Below are positions 1-5,534 of a DNA stretch of 16,681 nt, in pieces. The DNA lies in IMG/VR virus record IMGVR_UViG_3300045988_050197, positions 1 to 16,681 of that record, one strand, 5' to 3'. The notes under the pieces are model-generated. The model had not been told where the DNA came from and did not search any database. It was given only the letters and a program-made list of their open reading frames with translations. Source of the DNA: a virus. How positions within the stretch are numbered: position 1 is the first letter of the stretch; the number at the start of each line of letters is the position of its first letter. A program made the position numbers and the translations under genes.

Positions 1-20
1 CCCCATTAAAGTTCAAACCC
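1..20. repeat. Left inverted terminal repeat (CCCCATTAAAGTTCAAACCC); presumed terminal-protein-linked replication origin
   Basis: The reverse complement of 16662-16681 is identical to 1-20. Identity breaks at position 21 (c, versus t on the other end). A protein-primed polymerase and a terminal protein candidate are encoded in the same window. Confidence 0.93.
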
Positions 21-56
21 CGATCCCAGTCTCCCCAAAAAGTTGCATACAAGTAC

Positions 57-85
57 TTGACAAGTGGTCACACCTGTGCTATAAT
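57..85 (+). promoter_or_regulatory. Early promoter P1 (sigma-A consensus, extended -10)
   Basis: TTGACA (57-62), 17-nt spacer, TGc (77-79), TATAAT (80-85). Both hexamers are perfect. Confidence 0.8.
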
Positions 86-146
86 GTAGTTACAAGGTAA
101 GGAAAGAGGATCAATACCAGATAACATATGAAAGTGAAAACAAGGG

Positions 147-175
147 TTGACAAACTTATCAAGGTGTGGTATAAT
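147..175 (+). promoter_or_regulatory. Early promoter P2 (sigma-A consensus, extended -10)
   Basis: TTGACA (147-152), 17-nt spacer, TGg (167-169), TATAAT (170-175). It lies directly upstream of the first early ORF. Confidence 0.8.
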
Positions 176-207
176 AAAGGTACAAAGAAATGAAAGGAGA
201 TCGCAAT

Positions 208-381
208 ATGAAACCTAGAAAAGCGTTTTACATGGATAACATTGAAACCATAAAGCAATTAGAGGATAAAGTATTTGACTTGACAACTAAAATGGAACGT
301 GAATGCGGTAAGCAAGATTTCAGCGAAAAGCTCAATCAAGCATGGTCATTGTTATACGAGGTATGGAAAGAAAATAGTTAG
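208..381 (+). CDS. Hypothetical early protein (57 aa)
   Basis: The ORF-track frame runs 190-381. The internal ATG at 208 follows AAAGGAGA (193-200) at good spacing, so 208 is preferred over 190. I recognise no motif. Confidence 0.6.
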   Translation: MKPRKAFYMDNIETIKQLEDKVFDLTTKMERECGKQDFSEKLNQAWSLLYEVWKENS

Positions 382-402
382 TTACAAATAGGAGGTATTA
401 TC

Positions 403-738
403 ATGAGAATTGGTAAAAAATTACAGATACAAGCTAACAATGAAGTGTTAGAAGCGGTCGATCGTTTCAATGAGGAATTGAACTATTGTTCAATTAGTGT
501 AGGTAAGCGACTTCGATCATGTCAGGCATACGTGTATGAAACACCTAGTTTCTATGTATTGCGTAGTTACAATACAGTAGTAGCAATTATTGAAAAGAAA
601 ACAGACACTTGCTACGACTTTCTAAGAGGTGTTTACGAATACACCAATACGTCAGCACAGCATATTTCAAAGTTTGATCACGACTATGGACGTGGTGGAT
701 ACGGTTGTAAAGAACGTGTAACTTACAGAGAAGTATAA
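403..738 (+). CDS. Hypothetical early protein (111 aa)
   Basis: ATG preceded by AGGAGG (391-396). Tightly packed in the early operon. Function not recognised. Confidence 0.7.
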   Translation: MRIGKKLQIQANNEVLEAVDRFNEELNYCSISVGKRLRSCQAYVYETPSFYVLRSYNTVVAIIEKKTDTCYDFLRGVYEYTNTSAQHISKFDHDYGRGGYGCKERVTYREV

Positions 739-751
739 GGAGGGAGCTAAT

Positions 752-949
752 ATGAGTATATTTATAAAGTTTAATGATGGTCGCTATTCGCAGTTTGACG
801 AGTGTGATGGTATAAAGTTTACATATGGATCTGTAATAATATTTGAAGATAACGTACCTTTTGTCTATGCGGAGGATGAAATAAAAGAAATGATTTTTGT
901 GAATGAATATACATTTCAATACGCAAAACAACAAGGATATGAATTCTAA
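752..949 (+). CDS. Hypothetical small acidic early protein (65 aa)
   Basis: ATG preceded by AAGGAGGGAG. The protein is acidic and aromatic-rich. No motif recognised. Confidence 0.65.
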   Translation: MSIFIKFNDGRYSQFDECDGIKFTYGSVIIFEDNVPFVYAEDEIKEMIFVNEYTFQYAKQQGYEF

Positions 950-956
950 ATAACTA

Positions 957-1020
957 GGGCGCGTGGTTCGGCACGATTACAGTTTCAACGCTGTCTGCCC
1001 ATTAGCACCTACAAAGGTGT
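957..1020 (+). ncRNA. Structured intercistronic element R1: D-armless tRNA-like module plus 3' hairpin
   Basis: Closing stem 957-961/996-1000 (gggcg/tgccc). Hairpin cgtg-gttcgg-cacg (962-975). T-arm-like hairpin acagt-ttcaac-gctgt (979-994). Then hairpin gcacc-tacaaa-ggtgt (1005-1020). Homologous to 1572-1633 with compensatory changes. Confidence 0.55.
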
Positions 1021-1061
1021 AGAAACCAAATAACATCACATTAGAAAGAAGAGGTAACATT

Positions 1062-1361
1062 ATGGCAAGAGAAAAAATGGTAACAAGGACAGTAACACAG
1101 ACAACGGCAGAAGTTATGACGATTGATGTCACAACGGCAGAAGTACAGATATGTGAGTATACTATCGGCGGTACTTATGATACCAATGAAATATTACTCA
1201 AAAAGCTACAGAAGCTTTTCCAGACCGATACATTCAAGCTTGTAAACATCAATAGTGCCACTGTAGAGGATTTACTTCTCGGAATGACTGAAGAGGACTT
1301 CATCAGATACGCTACGGTTCTTCCACCTAGAAATGCTAGAAAAGAAAGTGAGGCTGAATAG
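1062..1361 (+). CDS. phi29 p6-like double-stranded DNA-binding (histone-like) protein, paralog A (99 aa)
   Basis: RBS AGAAGAGGT precedes the ATG. It is a gap-free paralog of 2220-2519. The N-terminal MVTRTVTQTTAEV and C-terminal GMTEEDFIRYATV resemble recalled phi29 p6 segments (TKTTVNV, LPVEKFLEVATV). It has an acidic tail. Confidence 0.5.
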   Translation: MAREKMVTRTVTQTTAEVMTIDVTTAEVQICEYTIGGTYDTNEILLKKLQKLFQTDTFKLVNINSATVEDLLLGMTEEDFIRYATVLPPRNARKESEAE

Positions 1362-1362
1362 T

Positions 1363-1542
1363 ATGAGAAACAAAAACACAGTAGACATTATGGTTAGTTT
1401 TAAAGGTGCAGACAAATATGCAGACGGTGAACACTTTGTAACAGATTCATTTTCACTTGATTCACGTGTATTAACGATTAAACAAGATTGCATCAACCGT
1501 ACATTTCGAATTGACTGTGTTGAATCAATTTACATATTCTAA
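1363..1542 (+). CDS. Hypothetical early protein (59 aa)
   Basis: The ATG at 1363 lies 1 nt after the upstream stop (1359-1361), with GTGAGG 9 nt upstream. The tracked start at 1333 would overlap the preceding gene without an RBS. Confidence 0.55.
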   Translation: MRNKNTVDIMVSFKGADKYADGEHFVTDSFSLDSRVLTIKQDCINRTFRIDCVESIYIF

Positions 1543-1571
1543 GAATGTATAAAGTTAGTCAAAACTAACAA

Positions 1572-1633
1572 GGGTGCGTGGTTGACACGGTTACAGTTTC
1601 AACACTGTACACCCTTTAGCACTAACAAGGTGT
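1572..1633 (+). ncRNA. Structured intercistronic element R2: second copy of the D-armless tRNA-like module plus 3' hairpin
   Basis: Closing stem 1572-1576/1610-1614 (gggtg/caccc). Hairpin cgtg-gttga-cacg (1577-1589). Hairpin tacagt-ttcaac-actgta (1592-1609). Hairpin 1619-1633. Stem differences from R1 are compensatory. Confidence 0.55.
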
Positions 1634-1677
1634 GGGAACTAATTAAAATAAAAACCAGAAAGAAAGAGGGAACAAAA

Positions 1678-1935
1678 ATGAGTAAACACTATGTAAAGTT
1701 AGTAAAGGAAATGATTAAAGAGGGCATCAAGGATCAAGTAACCATATCAGTTGTATACGGTTCTCTTGTGGTAGACATCTATGTAAATCACCGTTTATGT
1801 TGGCACACAACTATACCACATATTGAATTACGAGCCAGTTCATATATGACTGCGAAAATCGTAGCAGACACGATCAAAAATCAATATAAGCAGTTCATTT
1901 TGGATAAGCATTTTGTTCGAAAAAAATTCAAATAA
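1678..1935 (+). CDS. Hypothetical early protein (85 aa)
   Basis: The ATG at 1678 is preceded by AAGAGGGAA. The tracked start at 1582 would translate through structured element R2 and has no RBS. Confidence 0.6.
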   Translation: MSKHYVKLVKEMIKEGIKDQVTISVVYGSLVVDIYVNHRLCWHTTIPHIELRASSYMTAKIVADTIKNQYKQFILDKHFVRKKFK

Positions 1936-1938
1936 TAC

Positions 1939-1967
1939 TTGACATTTAGATCACCATATGCTATTAT
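1939..1967 (+). promoter_or_regulatory. Promoter P3 (sigma-A consensus, extended -10)
   Basis: TTGACA (1939-1944), 17-nt spacer, TGc (1959-1961), TATTAT (1962-1967). It lies 4 nt after the upstream stop codon. Confidence 0.75.
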
Positions 1968-1974
1968 ATAATTG

Positions 1975-2170
1975 TAGCAAGGTAATAAATAAAAATCCAA
2001 GTTACGTTTGCCATAGGTGGTGTAGGCTTCAAACCAACTACGCCACCTACCCCCCTTAGCAGGTGTAGTTTATTGGTAAAATGCGTGAATCTTAAATAAA
2101 CCCTATCATCGCTCATTCACGTGAAACAGGTTCAATCCCTGTCACCTGCTCTAGTGCTTTATAGCACTAA
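1975..2170 (+). ncRNA. ORF-free structured leader RNA transcribed from P3; candidate packaging RNA (pRNA) or processed leader
   Basis: A 284-bp gap with no ORF. It contains a 12-bp hairpin (2014-2025/2038-2049, one G.U), a C6 linker, a cloverleaf (2059-2150) and a 7-bp hairpin (2152-2169). The 5' end is inferred from P3. The 3' end is not defined by a terminator. Confidence 0.45.
2059..2150 (+). tRNA. tRNA-like cloverleaf with a non-canonical anticodon arm (7-bp stem, 24-nt loop); possibly a tRNA-Lys(CUU)-derived pseudo-tRNA
   Basis: 7-bp all-Watson-Crick acceptor stem (gcaggtg 2059-2065 / cacctgc 2143-2149). U8 and A9. D arm gttt-attggta-aaat with A14, G18, G19 and A21. T arm acagg-TTCAATC-cctgt (2126-2142) with G53, T54, T55, C56, A58 and C61. 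Discriminator t2150; no encoded CCA. The anticodon arm is cgtgaat (2084-2090), a 24-nt loop, then attcacg (2115-2121). Confidence 0.6.
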
Positions 2171-2219
2171 ACTATATCTTGACGTTTTTAAAAAATAAAG
2201 AAAGAGAGGAAGAAAAAAC

Positions 2220-2519
2220 ATGGCAAGAGTACCAATGGTAACACGAACAATTATCACAACAAAAGTCAACGTAATGTGCTTAGACATTGAGACAGGAGAA
2301 CCTTGTAACAGGTCTGTAGTAGTTCCGCGTACTTACAAGGACGACGAAAAGCTTCTTAAGAAAGTGAAAGAAGTTCTTGAAACGGAAACTTTGAAACCGG
2401 TACACATTGTTGACAAGGAAGAGATTGAAACTCTTTATGGCATGACAGAGCAGGAGTTTATTGAACACGCAGAAGTTCAGCCACCTAGAAAAGTAGCAGA
2501 AGAAAACGTAACAGAATAA
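2220..2519 (+). CDS. phi29 p6-like double-stranded DNA-binding protein, paralog B (99 aa)
   Basis: RBS GAGAGGA precedes the ATG. MVTRTIITTKVNVM and YGMTEQEFIEHAEV resemble recalled phi29 p6. It sits immediately upstream of the SSB/TP/polymerase genes, as gene 6 does in phi29. Confidence 0.55.
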   Translation: MARVPMVTRTIITTKVNVMCLDIETGEPCNRSVVVPRTYKDDEKLLKKVKEVLETETLKPVHIVDKEEIETLYGMTEQEFIEHAEVQPPRKVAEENVTE

Positions 2520-2543
2520 CAGAAAAAAGAGAGGTAAAATAAT

Positions 2544-2900
2544 ATGATAGAAATTAAAGCTTGCAGTAGAGAGTTTACAGATATTGAACAATATTTTATG
2601 ACGATTGCACCATCAATCACTTCAATGAAAGACGTACCAGATGGTACACGTATCACCGTTAACGGTTTTTTGACATTCGACGACACCAAAGACGCAACTG
2701 GTGAAACGTCAGAAATTCTTTCAGTAATTACACCAGAAATGAAAGTATATTCCTGTCAGTCAGCAACGTTCAAACGTTCGATTAGAGATATTTCAAATAT
2801 TATGAAAGGTAAATCGTTTACAATCGTAAAAACATCTGGAAAGACGAAAGCAGGGCGTGACTTTATCAACTGTGAGTTAGATGTAGAAAGTATTAAGTAA
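2544..2900 (+). CDS. phi29 p5-like single-stranded DNA-binding protein (118 aa)
   Basis: RBS AGAGAGGT precedes the ATG. VPDGTRITVNG, YSCQSATFKRSIRDISNI and FTIVKTSGKTKAGRDFINCEL parallel recalled p5 segments (LPDGTIIEANA, YSAISKTVAEAASDLIDL, FKVKVVQGTSSKGNVFFSLQL). Synteny is p6-p5-TP-pol. Confidence 0.6.
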   Translation: MIEIKACSREFTDIEQYFMTIAPSITSMKDVPDGTRITVNGFLTFDDTKDATGETSEILSVITPEMKVYSCQSATFKRSIRDISNIMKGKSFTIVKTSGKTKAGRDFINCELDVESIK

Positions 2901-2915
2901 CCTACAAATATTAAC

Positions 2916-2946
2916 AGCGTGTACTTTAATCGGTACGCGCTTTTTT
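2916..2946 (+). terminator. Intrinsic terminator/attenuator between the SSB and terminal protein genes
   Basis: 9-bp stem 2916-2924/2933-2941 (one G.U), 8-nt loop, and a T6 run at 2941-2946. Confidence 0.7.
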
Positions 2947-2966
2947 AGACAAGAGGGTGTTTTTTC

Positions 2967-3557
2967 ATGGCAAAAAGAAAAAAGAAAGTATCAGCTTATA
3001 CACGTAACAGAAACCGAATCAACAGCTACATAAGAAGATTAAACAAAAAAGGAGTTATCACCGATCTGTATTTTCCGACAGAAAGAGAACTAAAATTGCA
3101 AGGAATAAAAGGTGCAGAGTTAACTCGTTACACCAATGAGTTGAAAAAGGTAACGCCAGATTTCTTAAAAAGTGAAGCTATTCCAATTCCAAAAACGCCT
3201 CAGAACTTTAACGAAAATGGTGATTTAAAAGTCGGTGACGACGGAATGTTTAATAGGACAGTAATAGCAGACATAAAAAATAACGTATCACATTATCCTA
3301 AAGAGATAACTGATAAAGTTACTTCTTTAATTGACCAGTTAATAACTCAGCAGGGTATAGATGATGTAGTAGAAGCTATCTTGTCAGCGCCAGATTTACA
3401 TTACTATTTCAATAAAAATAAGTATGACAGTGAATCAGCGATAGAAGATTACGCTACAGGAATTATAAATGCACTTCCTAGCGCAAGTGACCAGTATAAA
3501 ATGGACTTAGCTGACGCTTTCGAGTTTAATGAATTAGGCTATACCATTGAAGATTAA
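2967..3557 (+). CDS. Terminal protein (protein primer), phi29 p3-like (196 aa)
   Basis: It lies immediately upstream of, and overlaps, the polymerase gene. The N-terminus is highly basic (MAKRKKKVSAYTRNRNRINSYIRRLNKKG, compare phi29 p3 KAKIARTKKKYG). The C-terminal half is acidic. Confidence 0.6.
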   Translation: MAKRKKKVSAYTRNRNRINSYIRRLNKKGVITDLYFPTERELKLQGIKGAELTRYTNELKKVTPDFLKSEAIPIPKTPQNFNENGDLKVGDDGMFNRTVIADIKNNVSHYPKEITDKVTSLIDQLITQQGIDDVVEAILSAPDLHYYFNKNKYDSESAIEDYATGIINALPSASDQYKMDLADAFEFNELGYTIED

Positions 3558-5529
3558 AAAGTACAGATATTTTATGTGCGACTTTGAAACAACTGTTTAC
3601 AAAGGACAAGAGTTCACAGAGGTATGGGCGTCTGCTTCGGTAGAACTATTCACAGAAGATGTTCAAATATTTCACTCGATTGATGAACAGTTTAATTACT
3701 TTGTAAGTCAAGATTGTAATATCGTAGCATATTATCACAACTTAAAGTTTGATGGTTCATTCTGGTTATCATATTTGATGATAGATAAAGGATTCAAACA
3801 AGCATACAGAAAAAAAGGTGAACGTATAAATGAGGTAGAGTGGTTACAGGAAAAATTTATGGAAAATAATTCCTTTAAATATAGTATATCAGATAAAGGA
3901 ATGTGGTACACTATTATTATAAAGGTGAATAACCACTTTATTGAAATAAGGGATTCACTAAAGCTTTTACCATTTAGTGTTAAAAGAATAGGTGATAATT
4001 TTGGCACAAAGCATAAGAAACTTGACATGGAATACACAGGTTTTCGATATGCAGGGTGTGAGATATCAGACAGTGAAAAAGAATACATTGCTAATGATGT
4101 CCTTGTTGTTAAAGAAGCACTTGAAATTATGTTCAATGAGGGGCATGATAAGCTGACTATAGGTTCTTGTTGTTTGGAAGAATACAAAGAGATATGTAAG
4201 AAATCAGTCAAGAACCAGTTAGAGTATAAGGAAATGTTTCCAGACGTGTATAATGTGAGTATTAACCCTATAGAATACACATATGAAAACGCAGGAGATT
4301 ATATAAGAAAATCATACAGAGGTGGTTGGTGTTATTTAGTAAAAGGTAAAGAGAACCAAATAAAAACAAACGGAACTACGGCTGACGTAAATTCACTGTA
4401 CCCCTCTATGATGTCGTCGGAATCGGGAAACAGGTATCCAGTTGGTAAACCTTGCTTCTGGAAAGGAAACTATATTCCAGACGAAGCTATAGCCGATAAT
4501 AAGTATTATTTTGTTAGAGTTAAAACAAGATTTTATATTAAGAAAGATAAGTTGCCATTTATCCAGATAAAAAGTTCTTACTTATATAAAGGTACAGAAG
4601 CACTTGAATCGTCAGATATTTATGACAGTAAAACAGATTCTTACTTTTCATTCTATAAAGATAAGGACGGTATATTAAGAGATACAAGGGTTGAATTAGT
4701 CTTGACAATGACAGATTACCAGTTGTTGAAAGACCACTATGATTTAGTTGATTTTGAAATACTGGATGGATGTTGGTTTTATGCTTTGAAAGGTATCTTT
4801 GATGAATACATAGAAAAGTACAAGCACCAGAAGCTTGTTAGTAAAGGTGCATTGCGTGAGTTGGCTAAACTTTTTCTTAATAATCTTTATGGAAAAATGG
4901 CATCTAGTAAAGATTCATCGTTTAAACTGGCATATGTGAAAGATGATAAAACAATTGGATTTTTACCTGTTACAGAATCAAACAAGAAAGCAGGGTATAT
5001 CCCTGTCGGTTCAGCTATCACAAGTTATGCAAGAAACTTTACTATTAGATCGGCACAGGCTAACTTCCATGGTGTTGATAAAGCAGGCTTTATTTATGCA
5101 GATACAGATAGCATACATTGTGATTTACCACCAGAAAAAATAGTTGGAATCAAGGTACATGATAAAAACTTTTGTTGTTGGAAATTGGAATCATGTTGGG
5201 ATAAAGCAATATTCACAAGGCAGAAAACCTATATTGAACACGTAGTTGCTGAAAATCTAATTCCAATTGAAAAACCATACAACAATATAAAATGTGCAGG
5301 TATGCCAAAACATTGTAAAGATTTATTTGAATTATCACTGGCAGGTGATGCAGATAAAAATAAAGAATGGAGTGATGATGAAAAAGAATTTCTGTTCGAT
5401 AAAGATAACAACCCTATTAAACGTGATTATAGTTCATTTAAAATAGGATTGAAAGTACCCGGAAAATTACGACCAAAGAGAATACGTGGTGGTGTATTAC
5501 TCGTAGAAACATCATATGAAATGAGGTAA
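3547..5529 (+). CDS. Protein-primed family-B DNA polymerase (phi29 p2-like)
   Basis: Exo I CDFETT. Exo II HNLKFDGSF. Exo III YIANDVLVV. Motif A DVNSLYPSMM. Motif B KLFLNNLYGKMAS. Motif C YADTDSIH. KxY motif KTYIEH. The tracked start is a TTG at 3547. This gives an N-terminal length like phi29 (MYSCDFETT versus RYFMCDFETT). The alternative start is the ATG at 3574. Confidence 0.97.
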   Translation: MKIKKYRYFMCDFETTVYKGQEFTEVWASASVELFTEDVQIFHSIDEQFNYFVSQDCNIVAYYHNLKFDGSFWLSYLMIDKGFKQAYRKKGERINEVEWLQEKFMENNSFKYSISDKGMWYTIIIKVNNHFIEIRDSLKLLPFSVKRIGDNFGTKHKKLDMEYTGFRYAGCEISDSEKEYIANDVLVVKEALEIMFNEGHDKLTIGSCCLEEYKEICKKSVKNQLEYKEMFPDVYNVSINPIEYTYENAGDYIRKSYRGGWCYLVKGKENQIKTNGTTADVNSLYPSMMSSESGNRYPVGKPCFWKGNYIPDEAIADNKYYFVRVKTRFYIKKDKLPFIQIKSSYLYKGTEALESSDIYDSKTDSYFSFYKDKDGILRDTRVELVLTMTDYQLLKDHYDLVDFEILDGCWFYALKGIFDEYIEKYKHQKLVSKGALRELAKLFLNNLYGKMASSKDSSFKLAYVKDDKTIGFLPVTESNKKAGYIPVGSAITSYARNFTIRSAQANFHGVDKAGFIYADTDSIHCDLPPEKIVGIKVHDKNFCCWKLESCWDKAIFTRQKTYIEHVVAENLIPIEKPYNNIKCAGMPKHCKDLFELSLAGDADKNKEWSDDEKEFLFDKDNNPIKRDYSSFKIGLKVPGKLRPKRIRGGVLLVETSYEMR

Positions 5530-5534
5530 AAAAT

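Noticed and set aside
128-193. 21-codon mini-ORF (MKVKTRVDKLIKVWYNKGTKK) in the P1 leader
   Set aside because: The nearest SD-like sequence is ~17 nt from the ATG, and the frame runs straight through promoter P2. It is retained only as a remark under the P1 leader finding.
587-934. 115-aa minus-strand ORF in the early region
   Set aside because: It lies antisense to two RBS-supported plus-strand genes. I found no RBS or promoter for it. Its composition (I/L/K/Y/F-rich) is typical of the reverse frame of AT-rich coding DNA.
1582-1677. N-terminal extension of ORF 1582-1935 as tracked
   Set aside because: It would be translated through the conserved structured element R2 and lacks an SD. The ATG at 1678 has AAGAGGGAA upstream.
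2179-2200. TTGACG -35-like hexamer upstream of gene 2220
   Set aside because: There is no acceptable -10 hexamer at 16-18 nt spacing; the downstream sequence is A-rich RBS context. P3 at 1939 is the credible promoter.
3735-4280. 181-aa minus-strand ORF inside the polymerase gene
   Set aside because: It is entirely antisense to a polymerase region carrying the Exo II and Exo III motifs. It has a low-complexity S/L/I-rich translation and no start context.
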